The notes under the pieces were generated by a model. The model did no database searches. It was not told where the DNA came from and was given only the letters and a program-made list of their open reading frames with translations. This document shows positions 38,002-49,436 of a stretch of 64,000 nucleotides of DNA, piece after piece; the stretch's first letter is position 1, and each line of letters starts with the position of its first letter. Made by a program: the position numbers and the translations under genes. This DNA is from an uncultured Candidatus Binatia bacterium (GTDB lineage Bacteria > Desulfobacterota > Binatia > UBA9968 > JAJDTQ01): NCBI GenBank assembly GCA_965215605.1, contig OZ244070.1, positions 2,528,001 to 2,592,000 on the forward strand. Reading direction: 5' to 3'.

Positions 38002-40113
38002 TCATCGGGCCAGGCGCAATGGCGTCTGGGTGTCCGGCCGAGTTGTGTGAAGTCCGTTCAGGTAGGTGTAGATGGCTTCCTGGGCTCGTGTCCTCGGGCC
38101 CCCGCCAACGGTCCTGTAGCGGTTCCGGAGGTCCTTGTCCAGCACCCTCGCCTTGACGTTGTCCCGCCACACGATGTCCAGCACGTCCCGGAGTTGTTTC
38201 TTGAGAGCCGGGTCATGAATCGGACAGGCCACTTCCACGCGGTGGTCCACGTTGCGTTCCATCCAGTCGCCCGAGGCGATGTACAGCTTCTCGTCGCCGC
38301 CGTTGGCGAACGCCATCACCCGGGAGTGCTCGAGGAAGCGGTCGAGAATGGCGGCGGCCTCGATGTTCTCGCTGAAATGCTCGATTCCGGGAACCAGCGA
38401 GAACATGCCGCGCACCATGAGCCTCACCTCGACGCCGGCCTTCGCCGCGTCGTAGAGCTTCCGGATCAGGCCGCCGTCTTCGAGGTTGTTGACCTTGAGG
38501 ATGACATGGGCCGGCCGGCCCTTGCCGGCGTTCTTGATCTCGGTGTCGATGAGCTTGGTAAGCTTGCGCCGGGTGTCGTAGGGCGAGACCATCAGGTGCT
38601 TGAAGTTGGTCCGCCGGTAGTTGCTCTCGAGAAAGCCGAACACCCGGCTTACTTCGCCGGTGATGCGCTCGTCGGCGGTGAACAGGCTGTCGTCCGTGTA
38701 TATCCGGGCGGTGGTCTCGTTGAAGTTGCCGGTGCCGATGTTGGCGTACAGCACGGTCCTCCGGTGCGACACCCGTGTGATGAGGATCAGCTTGGCGTGC
38801 ACCTTGAGTCCCGGCACGCCGTTGATGACCCGGACCCCTTCTTCCTGGAGGCGTTCCGACCAGTACACGTTGTCGGCCTCGTCGAACCGCGCCTGCAGCT
38901 CCATGACCACGGTCACGCGCTTGCCGTTGCGGCTGGCGTTGATCAGGGCATTGACGATCTTCGAGTTGCGCGCCACCCGGTATAGCGTCATCTTGATGGA
39001 ACGCACCTTGGGGTCGATGGCGGCCTGGCGCAGGAACTCGATGAGGTAGTCGAAGGTCTGGTACGGGTAGTGGAGCAGGATGTCCCGGCGCCGGATGGCC
39101 TTGAAGAAGGTGGCCGCGGCATCGAAGTCCCGGTGAGCCAGCGGCGGGAGCGCCGCTGCCGACAGTTTCTTCGGGCCGATGCGCGGGAAGCCCATGAAGT
39201 CCTTGAAGTTGTGGTAGCGTCCGCCGGGGATGAACGGCCCCGACTCGGTACCGAGGCCCATCTTGTCCTGCAGCAGCTTGAGCAGCCGCCGGGGGATCTT
39301 GTTGTCGTAGATGAAGCGGACCGGCGCCCCGGACCTCCGCTGCTTGAGGCCCTTGGAAATCTTCTCGATGTAGCTCTCGTATAGGTCGTCGTCGAGGTCG
39401 AGCTGCGCGTCCCGCGTCAGCTTGATCGTGTACGCCTCGAACTGGTCGAAGGGGAAGATGGAGAAGATGTCCTTCAGGCAGTAGCGGATGACGTCGTCCA
39501 GCAGTATCACGTACTCCCGGTCTCCCGCCTTGGGCAGGATGACGAAACGCGACAGCACGTCGGTGGGTATCTCGATCAACGCGTACTCGGACCGGCGGGA
39601 CTTGCTGCTGTAGAGGGAGATGGCCAGATAGATCGCCTGATCCTTCAGTTGCGGAAACTCGCTCAGGTGATTGATCATCAGCGGAATCAGGGTGGGTCGC
39701 AGCTTCTGCCGGTAGAATTCCCTGATGTAGGCTTCCTGGGCCGGGTTGAGCTCGTTCTCCCTGACGATGGAGATGCCGTGCTGCTCAAGCTCCTGGAGGA
39801 TGCTTCGATACGTGCTTTCGAACAGTGCCTGCTGTTTCAGCACGACGGCGTGGATCTCTTTCAGGACCCTGGAAGGGTCTTCGCCCAAAAGGCTTCGCGC
39901 GCCGGCGCCGAGTTGCTCGAGACGCCGGAGATGGGCCACGCGGACGCGAAAGAACTCGTCGAGATTGGACGAGAAGATGCCGAGGAAGCTGACCCGTTCC
40001 AGCAGCGGCACCGACGCGTCCGAGGCCTCCTGGAGCACGCGGCCGTTGAACGCCAGCCAACTGAGCTCCTTGTTCCGCAACGGCGGATGAGTCTTGTATT
40101 TGCGGCTTGCCAT
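38002..40113 (-). CDS. ppk1: Polyphosphate kinase 1
   Basis: ELSWLAFN.RVLQEA, SNLDEFFRVRVA, LHYPY, ELQARFDE, KVHAK, GTGNFN, RFLEHSR. Confidence 0.95.
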   Translation of the reverse strand: MASRKYKTHPPLRNKELSWLAFNGRVLQEASDASVPLLERVSFLGIFSSNLDEFFRVRVAHLRRLEQLGAGARSLLGEDPSRVLKEIHAVVLKQQALFESTYRSILQELEQHGISIVRENELNPAQEAYIREFYRQKLRPTLIPLMINHLSEFPQLKDQAIYLAISLYSSKSRRSEYALIEIPTDVLSRFVILPKAGDREYVILLDDVIRYCLKDIFSIFPFDQFEAYTIKLTRDAQLDLDDDLYESYIEKISKGLKQRRSGAPVRFIYDNKIPRRLLKLLQDKMGLGTESGPFIPGGRYHNFKDFMGFPRIGPKKLSAAALPPLAHRDFDAAATFFKAIRRRDILLHYPYQTFDYLIEFLRQAAIDPKVRSIKMTLYRVARNSKIVNALINASRNGKRVTVVMELQARFDEADNVYWSERLQEEGVRVINGVPGLKVHAKLILITRVSHRRTVLYANIGTGNFNETTARIYTDDSLFTADERITGEVSRVFGFLESNYRRTNFKHLMVSPYDTRRKLTKLIDTEIKNAGKGRPAHVILKVNNLEDGGLIRKLYDAAKAGVEVRLMVRGMFSLVPGIEHFSENIEAAAILDRFLEHSRVMAFANGGDEKLYIASGDWMERNVDHRVEVACPIHDPALKKQLRDVLDIVWRDNVKARVLDKDLRNRYRTVGGGPRTRAQEAIYTYLNGLHTTRPDTQTPLRLAR

Positions 40114-40226
40114 GGCAAAGAGGCACAAGAAACTACTACAATTGCGGCACCGCTTCAATACAGAACCGGGTGCGCCGGCCGGACGTGCCGCTGTTCGTCG
40201 TAGCGCCGAACGGTCGACGGCGATCG

Positions 40227-41102
40227 TCAGCCCGCGGCTTCGGAGTGGTACCGGAGGTCGTAATAGGCGGTCAGGTCGGTGCCTTTTCCCGGCGCCATGC
40301 CGAACGACACCCGGAGGTCCAACGGCACGTGCAGCCCGGGAAGATGGAGCTCGGTGGTTGCCGGCAGCGCGGACAGTTCCTTGGCCGCCCCGTCCTCGTC
40401 GAGATCCAGGGCGTCGCGCAGCATCCGTAGAGCGGCCGCGCGGTTGGCCGGATCGTTGCCCCAGGTGGTGGCCTCGGCGAGGCATTTGAGAAAGGCCACC
40501 ACCTTCCCCCGGTGCGCCGCCGCCCATCCGGCGGCGACCGCGAAGACCCCGCCCGGATAGTCCGGGAGCACCTCCCGATAGTCGGCGATGCGGCGCATGC
40601 CTGCCGCTTCTGCCTTCTTGTCCCAGGGCGGGTTCAGGATGCCGGCAAAGGTCTTGCCGCTTTCCATGGATTCGAAGCGCGGCCCGGTGGCGCCGACCCC
40701 GTCGAACTCGTAGTCGCCGCGGGTCATGTCGAGTCCATGGGCCAGCAGGATTCTTCGGAGCACCAGGGCGTAGGCCGTATCCACCGCGTCCACGGCCAGG
40801 AGGCGGCCGCGGAGATCCTCCCAGTCGTGGATCTCCGGCCGCACGTATACCGGCAGGGCCATGCGCTGGGACGCCTGCGCCACCGCGTGAATGTCGGCGC
40901 CCTCGCGCCCGGACCAGGCGAGCACGTTGTCGAAGGCGGTGGAGGCGATATCGTAGGTGCCGTCACTCAGGCCGCGCATCTGCTGGGTGGAGCTGCGGGT
41001 GAGGGTGGTCTCCACCGCCAGATCGTGAGCGGCAAAGAGTCCGCGCTCCCGTCCGATGACGACCGCGGCGTTTTCTCCGAAAGTGATGAAACGAAAGAGC
41101 AT
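40227..41102 (-). CDS. NitT/TauT-type ABC substrate-binding protein (no clear signal peptide)
   Basis: GLFAAHDL, TAFDNV, DLRGR.LAVDA..T.YA, GAT..R, LNPP. Confidence 0.75.
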   Translation of the reverse strand: MLFRFITFGENAAVVIGRERGLFAAHDLAVETTLTRSSTQQMRGLSDGTYDIASTAFDNVLAWSGREGADIHAVAQASQRMALPVYVRPEIHDWEDLRGRLLAVDAVDTAYALVLRRILLAHGLDMTRGDYEFDGVGATGPRFESMESGKTFAGILNPPWDKKAEAAGMRRIADYREVLPDYPGGVFAVAAGWAAAHRGKVVAFLKCLAEATTWGNDPANRAAALRMLRDALDLDEDGAAKELSALPATTELHLPGLHVPLDLRVSFGMAPGKGTDLTAYYDLRYHSEAAG

Positions 41103-41203
41103 GCGGGCCTCCGGGTGCCGGTCAGCTTTTGGCGTGTTCCTACACGAACGCGCGGGCAACCGCCAGTGCTCGCATCGAGGGGTGGGGAAGGGGTGCCGGA
41201 AGG

Positions 41204-41240
41204 CCGGTGCGGGCGGGGGTCCAGGACCCGCCCGCACCGG
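41204..41240 (-). terminator. Hairpin downstream of glnK
   Basis: ccggtgcgggcggg / cccgcccgcaccgg 14-bp stem. Confidence 0.55.
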
Positions 41241-41252
41241 AAAGGTACGGAA

Positions 41253-42899
<1,647 letters not shown>

Positions 42900-42963
42900 T
42901 TTATCCCCCGTTTGCCGGTGTTATTTCCCGCGGTTCTGTCCGCGGGACGCATGGAAGGTGTGA

Positions 42964-42980
42964 AGCAAATCAGGTGCCAA
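42964..42980 (-). promoter_or_regulatory. sigma54 -24/-12 promoter of amtB-glnK
   Basis: TTGGCACCTGATTTGCT on the minus strand. Confidence 0.85.
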
Positions 42981-43078
42981 CTCCGGGTGTCCGGGGCGCG
43001 CCGCCGCCGGGGCCTTGTCGTGGAGGCCGCGGGCGCGGTTCTTCGCGCGTGGACAAGTGCGCCCGGAACGGTGGCGAC

Positions 43079-43095
43079 TGCCCAACAAGCAGGCA
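43079..43095. promoter_or_regulatory. NtrC-like enhancer site
   Basis: TGCCC-N7-AGGCA about 100 bp upstream of the sigma54 site. Confidence 0.45.
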
Positions 43096-43183
43096 ACTGC
43101 GTAACGAGTAGGCAACCGGGGCCAGGCCGCCCGATGCCGCGTTGAGGGAGTGCAGGGTTGCGGAGAAGGGCCCGTGAACCGGC

Positions 43184-44932
43184 TTATCCGGTCCTGAGCC
43201 TTTGCCTCAGGCCGGTGTGCTGTTCCCGAATCCCGGAGGGCAACCGGTCTCCGAACTTCTCGAAGAACTCCGACTGGCTCCGCAGGTTGGTGCGCCAGCC
43301 GTCACGGTCCACGTGAAGCAGGCGGCGCATGGCGGCGCTCGACACGTCGGCACCCTTGCGGCTGATGCCGGAGGGCTTGGGCAGGTAGCCGATGGGGGTC
43401 TCGTCGGCTTTGCCGTCGTCCCGGGAGCGCTCGATGACCCACTGGAGCACGCGCAGGTTCTCGCCGAAGCCCGGCCACAGGAACCCACCCTGGTCGTCTC
43501 TCTGGAACCAGTTGACGCGGAAGATCTTGGGCGGACGGGTCAGGCGCTTGCCCATGGAGAGCCAGTGGTTCCAGTAGTCCCCCATGTTGTAGCCGCAGAA
43601 CGGCAGCATCGCCATGGGGTCGCGCCGGACCACTCCCACCGCTCCGGTGGCGGCGGCGGTGGTCTCGGACGCCAGGGTGGCCCCCAGGAAGGTGCCGTGG
43701 GCCCAGTCGAAGGCCTGGTAGACCAGCGGCACGAGCTTCTGTCGCCGCGCACCGAACAGGATGGCGCTGATGGGGACGCCGTTGGGGTTGTCCCGCTCGG
43801 CGGATATGGACGGGCACTCCGACGCGGGTACGGTGAAGCGGCTGTTGGGATGGGCCACGGGCCCCTCCTTGTTCCACGGCCGGCCGCGCCAGTCGGTGAC
43901 GCTCCTGGGCACGGGGTCGTCGTGCCCCTCCCACCACACGCTGCCGTCGGGCTTGAGCCCCACGTTGGTGAAGATGGTGTTTTTCTCCACCGTGCGCATG
44001 GCGTTGGGGTTGGTCCTGGAGTTGGTGCCCGGCACCACGCCGAAGAAGCCGGCTTCGGGGTTCACCGCCCACAGCCGGCCGTCGTCACCCACCCGGAGCC
44101 AGGCGATGTCGTCGCCCACCGTGAAGACCTTCCAGCCCTTCATGGATTTGGGCGGCACCAGCATGGCGAGGTTGGTCTTGCCGCAGGCGCTGGGAAGGGC
44201 GCCGCACACGTAGGTGGTCTCCCCCTCCGGGCTCTCGATGCCGACGATCATCATGTGCTCGGCGAGCCAGCCCTCCCGGGCCCCCAGTGCGCTGGCCAGC
44301 CGCAGCGCCATGCATTTCTTCGCCAGGAGCGCATTGCCGCCGTAGCCCGACCCCACGCTCCAGATGGTGTTGGCTTCCGGAAAGTGGCAGATGAACCGGC
44401 GGTCGATGTGCAGATCGGCCTTGGAGTGGAGCCCCCGGGTGAAGTCGCCGGAGTCGCCGAGGTGCTCGAGGGCCACGTTGCCCATGCGGGTCATGGCGCG
44501 CATGCTCAGCGCCACGTAGACGCTGTCGGTGAGCTCGATGCCCACCTTGCTGAAGGGAGAGCCGGCGGGTCCCATGAGGAACGGGATGACGTACATGGTC
44601 CGGCCGGCCATGGAGCCGTCATAGAGCTTCCCGAGCCGGTCGTAGGCCTCGTCCGGCGCCATCCAGTTGTTGGACGGACCGGCGTCGTCCTGCTCGCGGG
44701 AGCACACGAAGGTCAGATGCTCCGTTCGCGCCACGTCGTTGGCGGCGCTGCGGTGAAGATAGCAGCCGGGCAGGCTCTTCTGGTCCAGCGGGATGAGGTC
44801 GCCAACCCGTATCGCCACCTGGGTAAGGTGATCGCGCTCCTCCTCGGAGCCGTCGCACCACACCACATCATCCGGGCGACACATGGCTGCCGCTTCCTTC
44901 ACGAACTTCCGAACCGACTCATTCACGACCAT
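43184..44932 (-). CDS. pckG: GTP-dependent phosphoenolpyruvate carboxykinase
   Basis: GSGYGGN, WLAEHM, PSACGKTN, GDDIAW, HPNSRF, DPMAMLPFCGYN, VNWF. Confidence 0.96.
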   Translation of the reverse strand: MVVNESVRKFVKEAAAMCRPDDVVWCDGSEEERDHLTQVAIRVGDLIPLDQKSLPGCYLHRSAANDVARTEHLTFVCSREQDDAGPSNNWMAPDEAYDRLGKLYDGSMAGRTMYVIPFLMGPAGSPFSKVGIELTDSVYVALSMRAMTRMGNVALEHLGDSGDFTRGLHSKADLHIDRRFICHFPEANTIWSVGSGYGGNALLAKKCMALRLASALGAREGWLAEHMMIVGIESPEGETTYVCGALPSACGKTNLAMLVPPKSMKGWKVFTVGDDIAWLRVGDDGRLWAVNPEAGFFGVVPGTNSRTNPNAMRTVEKNTIFTNVGLKPDGSVWWEGHDDPVPRSVTDWRGRPWNKEGPVAHPNSRFTVPASECPSISAERDNPNGVPISAILFGARRQKLVPLVYQAFDWAHGTFLGATLASETTAAATGAVGVVRRDPMAMLPFCGYNMGDYWNHWLSMGKRLTRPPKIFRVNWFQRDDQGGFLWPGFGENLRVLQWVIERSRDDGKADETPIGYLPKPSGISRKGADVSSAAMRRLLHVDRDGWRTNLRSQSEFFEKFGDRLPSGIREQHTGLRQRLRTG

Positions 44933-44942
44933 ACGGTCCCCT

Positions 44943-45272
44943 TTACTTCCCCCGTTCCTTCTTCGCCGATGTCCGGGCGGATGCCTGGCCGGCCGGACGC
45001 GCGGCCTCCCGTTTCGTCTTTGCCGCTCTGGGCTTCCCGGCGTCCTGCGCCGGCGCCTCGGCTGCCTTCGGCGGCTTGCCCGTGGGATCGTTTGTGATGA
45101 AATGCCCGCAGTTGATGCAGTAGACGGTGTATGCCGGCTCCCGCCGATGATGGACGGTGTGGAAATGGCCCTGGGAACTGTTGATGCTGATGTCGACCTG
45201 ATAGAGCTTGATGACGACGTTGTGGTTGCAGTTTGGGCAAACTACCGTCTCGGGTACTTCCGTTTTGGCCAT
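44943..45272 (-). CDS. Small zinc-ribbon-like protein with basic low-complexity tail
   Basis: CPNC...CINC; GGAGG RBS; ends 10 nt before pckG. Confidence 0.65.
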   Translation of the reverse strand: MAKTEVPETVVCPNCNHNVVIKLYQVDISINSSQGHFHTVHHRREPAYTVYCINCGHFITNDPTGKPPKAAEAPAQDAGKPRAAKTKREAARPAGQASARTSAKKERGK

Positions 45273-45349
45273 CCGACCTCCCAGAAAGCCAGCGAACTCA
45301 ATGACACCTCAAGTCTGACTTGGGATAACCTTATAACGGGGTAAACGGC

Positions 45350-46468
45350 TTACGTCCAGTAGTCCTCCCGGCCGCCCTGGACCCACCAGTTTTCCCGCGG
45401 CCGGATGTCGAGATCGACCCCTTTCCGGTGCTCCCGCGCCAATTCGTAGAGCTTTTTGGCCAGGGCCACGTCGACGATGCCCTGCCCCCCCTGGTTCTTG
45501 TACAGGATGATCTGGTCGTCGCTGGTGCGCCCCTCGGCCTTTCCGGTCAGAATATCCGAAATGTCCACGACTTTGTCCCAGGTAATGATGCCGTCCTGGA
45601 CCGGCCAGTAGATGTCGCCCTGCTGGGAGTCCACCGCCTGTTCCCTGGACAGCGCGACGATGAAGTCGCAACGCCTGAGGGTGCCGTCGTCGATCTCCCG
45701 CCGCGGCTTGTCGAGGTTGCCGCTCTTGACGAGCTCGATATTGCTGCCGATGACCGAGATGATGTACTGGCCCGGTTCCAGCCACGAGCCGTCGATGACC
45801 GGGACATTGGTGTTGGTCATGCACAGGATGATGTCCACGTCCTGCGCCGCCCGGGGGCCTTCCGCCACCGGCTCCACCGGCACCTTGGTGATCTCGGTCA
45901 TCTTGCGGGCGAAGGCCTCCCGGTGGGACTGCGTGGGGCTGTACACCTTGGCGCTTTCGATCTCCCTGAGCTCGGTCAACCCGACGAAGGTGGAATAGGC
46001 CTGGTTGCCCGAGCCGTAGATGCCGACGCGGCGCGCGTCCGCCTTGGCCAGCCGGTCGATGCCCACCAGACTGGTGGCCGGCGTCCGCAGGTCGGCGACC
46101 CCGGCGGCGTGCTTGGGCCGGTGCGCCATGATTCCCAGCAGCGTCCCGCTGTCCGCGTCATAGATCAGCGCCAGCTCGGTCTGGTCGGGGTTGTAGGGCG
46201 GACGGCGTTGCTGATCGCCGACGATGGCCTTGCGGTGCAGCGCCACCTGTGCGCCCACGGCGCCATAGCTCGCCGCTCCGCCGGCGTAGATGTTGAGCAC
46301 GGTGTCGAACGGAGCCTCGCCTACATTTCTGTGCAAATTCAGCCGCTTGCGAGGGGCGTTGACGCCCTCCGGCGTGCCGATGTTCCTGAGCGCGGCCTCG
46401 GTGATGGAGACCGCTTCCGGAAAGGCAACCAACTCATCCACGTCTTGTGAATGGAAAAAGAGCGCCAT
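45350..46468 (-). CDS. Ornithine cyclodeaminase/mu-crystallin family protein
   Basis: LRTPA, GIYGSGNQA, RREID, GRTSDDQIILYKN; GGAGG RBS. Confidence 0.88.
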   Translation of the reverse strand: MALFFHSQDVDELVAFPEAVSITEAALRNIGTPEGVNAPRKRLNLHRNVGEAPFDTVLNIYAGGAASYGAVGAQVALHRKAIVGDQQRRPPYNPDQTELALIYDADSGTLLGIMAHRPKHAAGVADLRTPATSLVGIDRLAKADARRVGIYGSGNQAYSTFVGLTELREIESAKVYSPTQSHREAFARKMTEITKVPVEPVAEGPRAAQDVDIILCMTNTNVPVIDGSWLEPGQYIISVIGSNIELVKSGNLDKPRREIDDGTLRRCDFIVALSREQAVDSQQGDIYWPVQDGIITWDKVVDISDILTGKAEGRTSDDQIILYKNQGGQGIVDVALAKKLYELAREHRKGVDLDIRPRENWWVQGGREDYWT

Positions 46469-46631
46469 GATACCTCCAGGTGTGGTTGACCGTTGGGGGG
46501 ATGACATCGTGGACCGGACTCGCCGGAGGATGTCCGCCGGGCCGATTGTCGATCCGAAGCTATCAGATAGCCCGGCGGCCGGCGAAACGCAAGGTGGCGG
46601 GAAGCCGGCGGCGGTGACAAACGTGTAAGGG

Positions 46632-47462
46632 TCAAAACACCATTTCGACTCTGGAAACGCAGCGAAAGCCGTAGTACCCATGTCCCCTCGCCTGCCTGCC
46701 CGGGTCCACGGTGTGCCGGGAGGTGGCGGTGAGCCCCTCGTGGTCGCTGGCGGCGTTGCCGCCCCGGGTCACCCTCGGATACGGTGCCGACAGGCTCTCC
46801 CGGCCGTCCTTGGGGTGGTAGGGATACGACGTGGCGGTGGAGCGGGTCCATTCCCAAATCTGGCCGGCCATGTCCAGCACGCCGTAGGGACTCCGCCCCT
46901 TGGGGTACCGGCCCACGGGCACCGACTCGCCCCGAAAGCCGCCGAAGAAGGCCAACTCCGGCGTCGGCGGGTCGTTGCCCCATGGATACAGCCGCCGGTC
47001 GGCCCCGCGCGCGGCCTTCTCCCACTCCGCCTCGCTGGGAAGCTGCTTTTCGAGCCACTTGCAGTACGCGACCGCGCCGTGCCAGGCCATTTCCGAGGCG
47101 GGATAGTCCTCCCAGCCGGCCTCCACCTTCCAGGTGTCGCCCACGTGGTGGATGCGATTGTCCTCGTCGCCCACGTCCAGATACTGCTCACCCTTGGGCC
47201 CCACCGGGCCCTTGGCCCGGATGAACCGCGCGTATTCCTTCATGGTGACCAGGTTCCGGTCAATGAAGAACGCCGGCAGGAAGAGCTTGTGGGCCGGTCC
47301 CTCTTCGGGCGGACCGCCGTCGCGTCCCATGGTGAACTCCCCGGCGGGGATGAGGACCATGCCGTCGTGTTTGCCTTCGGCGGCGCCGGCGGTGTTTGCG
47401 GAAAGGGCCAGGGTCCCGGCCAGCACAAGCGGCCCCGTAATGGAGAAAAGGCTGGGTGCCAT
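46632..47462 (-). CDS. Secreted FGE-sulfatase (SUMF1/PvdO-like) domain protein
   Basis: Signal peptide, IPAGEFTMG, LPSEAEWEKAARG, DMAG..WEW, GFRC. Confidence 0.88.
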   Translation of the reverse strand: MAPSLFSITGPLVLAGTLALSANTAGAAEGKHDGMVLIPAGEFTMGRDGGPPEEGPAHKLFLPAFFIDRNLVTMKEYARFIRAKGPVGPKGEQYLDVGDEDNRIHHVGDTWKVEAGWEDYPASEMAWHGAVAYCKWLEKQLPSEAEWEKAARGADRRLYPWGNDPPTPELAFFGGFRGESVPVGRYPKGRSPYGVLDMAGQIWEWTRSTATSYPYHPKDGRESLSAPYPRVTRGGNAASDHEGLTATSRHTVDPGRQARGHGYYGFRCVSRVEMVF

Positions 47463-47674
47463 AACCGTGACCTCCAGCGTCGCCCTGCGGACGCGGCAAC
47501 GCTTCTCGATGGATTGCCGGATACTGTCCGGGCCGGGGAGACTTTAATACAAAGGGCGAAGCCGGTCCAGTTTTTCCACCCTCCCTGCGCCGGCGCCAAC
47601 GAACGGCATCCCTGTGGCCCGTGTCCGGTGATCGTGCTACGAGAACTTCTGTACCATCGGGAGGACCGTCAGTC

Positions 47675-49429
47675 ATGGATGCCGTACAGATGGAAGTGGT
47701 CTACCGGGCCACCGCGCAGATCGCCAAGGAGCTGGCGCTCAACATGCTCCGCACCGGCTATTCGAGCGTCATCAAGGAGAGCCAGGACTTCACCTTCACG
47801 ATCTTCGACGGCGACGGACGCATGGTGACCCAGGGACTGCCGCAGCCGCTCCACATCGGCGGCATCTCGGCGCAGGTGGGCGAGGTGATCCGGGTGTTCG
47901 GCGAGGACAACGCGGAAGGCGACGTCTACATCCTCAACCACCCGTACTTCGCCTGCCAGAATCACGCCACGGACGTCACCGTGGTCTCTCCGGTCTTCCA
48001 CCGGGGCCGGCGCGTGGCCTTCATCGCCAATACCGCCCACAAGCCCGACCTGGGAGGCAAGGTGCCGGGCACCAATTCCCCGGACGCCACCGACGTGATC
48101 CAGGAGGGGCTACTGCTGCCGGCGCTCAGGCTTTACCGCGGCGGCGAGCTCAACGAGGACCTCAAGACCATCATCATGGCCAACACCCGCACCCCGGAGA
48201 TTACTTGGGGCGACGTCCAGGCCCAGGCCCTGACCAACTTCTACGGCCTCAGGAAGCTCGCGGAGCTGATGGAGCAGTACGGCTCGGACGAAGTGACCGC
48301 GTGCTGGCGCGAGTGGATGGACATCTGCGAGGCGGAAGTGCGGAAGGCCATCGCGAAGATTCCGGACGGAGATTACGGTCCTTGCGTCGACTTCCTCGAC
48401 GACGACGGCCTGGACCGGGAGCGCTCCTACCGCATCGCCGCTTCCCTGCGGGTGGCCGGCGACGAACTGCACTTTTCCCTTGAGTCCTCGGAGCAGGCCC
48501 GGGGTCCCATTAACCTCCGGCCCTGCGTCATCCGGAGCTTCATCGACTGCCTCGCCGTGGCGGTGCTGTGTCCGGACCTGCCCGTCAACCAGGGCATCTC
48601 CCGGCCCATCCACGTGGCCTTTCCGCCCGAGGGTTCGATTCTGAACCCGCGCTATCCCGCGCCGGTGAACATGTACGTGCGTCCCGCCCAGATGGTCACA
48701 TCGGTGGTGCAGATGACGCTGGCCGAGGCTCTGCCCGAGGTGGTGCCGGCGCCGGACAGCGGCGCCGGCGGTTCGGTGTCCATCTCGGGACAGGACGCCG
48801 GCCGGGGCCGGTGGTTCTCGCTCTACGACCTCAACTGCGGCGGGGGCGGCGCCCGCGCCGACTCCGACGGTCCGGCGGTGTTGAACTCGCTGGTGATCAA
48901 CGTGATGAACACGCCGGTGGAGCCGTTGGAGACGGAGTTTCCCATCCGCATCGAGCGCTACGGGTTGTTCGAGGAGTCGGGCGGCGCCGGCCGCCTCCGC
49001 GGCGGCCTGGGCATGGTGCGGGACTGGAAGATGCTGGCGGACGAGGCCTACGTCAATCTGCGCAGCGACCGCTTCAAGCATTCCGCCCCGGGGCTCCACG
49101 GCGCGGGCCGGGCGCTGCCGTCGTCGGCCTGTCTCAACCCGGGCACGGAAGGTGAGCAGGCTCTCCCGTCCAAGGTCAGCCGGCTGCAGATGGGGAAGGG
49201 CGACGTCTTCCGCATACAATACGCCGGCGGCGCCGGGCGGGGCGACCCCTTCGAGCGGGAGCCGTCCAAGGTGCTGGACGACGTCCGGGACGGCTACATC
49301 AGCGCGGAAACCGCGCGGGAGGTCTACGGCGTCGCGATGGGCGGCCGTCCGCCCGAGGTCGACGAGGCCGAGACCCGACGCCTCCGAAGCGCGCCCCGGA
49401 ACGGGGACGCCGGATCGGGACGGGCGTAA
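47675..49429 (+). CDS. Hydantoinase B/5-oxoprolinase family subunit
   Basis: RTGYS.VIKES.D, AHKPDLGG, QEG, NTPVE, SGGAGR.RGG, GGAG.GDP. Confidence 0.9.
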   Translation: MDAVQMEVVYRATAQIAKELALNMLRTGYSSVIKESQDFTFTIFDGDGRMVTQGLPQPLHIGGISAQVGEVIRVFGEDNAEGDVYILNHPYFACQNHATDVTVVSPVFHRGRRVAFIANTAHKPDLGGKVPGTNSPDATDVIQEGLLLPALRLYRGGELNEDLKTIIMANTRTPEITWGDVQAQALTNFYGLRKLAELMEQYGSDEVTACWREWMDICEAEVRKAIAKIPDGDYGPCVDFLDDDGLDRERSYRIAASLRVAGDELHFSLESSEQARGPINLRPCVIRSFIDCLAVAVLCPDLPVNQGISRPIHVAFPPEGSILNPRYPAPVNMYVRPAQMVTSVVQMTLAEALPEVVPAPDSGAGGSVSISGQDAGRGRWFSLYDLNCGGGGARADSDGPAVLNSLVINVMNTPVEPLETEFPIRIERYGLFEESGGAGRLRGGLGMVRDWKMLADEAYVNLRSDRFKHSAPGLHGAGRALPSSACLNPGTEGEQALPSKVSRLQMGKGDVFRIQYAGGAGRGDPFEREPSKVLDDVRDGYISAETAREVYGVAMGGRPPEVDEAETRRLRSAPRNGDAGSGRA

Positions 49430-49436
49430 CCACCCC

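Noticed and set aside
38002-40527. 841-aa Ppk1
   Set aside because: The extension overlaps the upstream SBP gene out of frame; the real start is about 40113.
46632-47462. True formylglycine-generating enzyme
   Set aside because: It lacks the catalytic Cys pair after RGG, and no sulfatase is adjacent.
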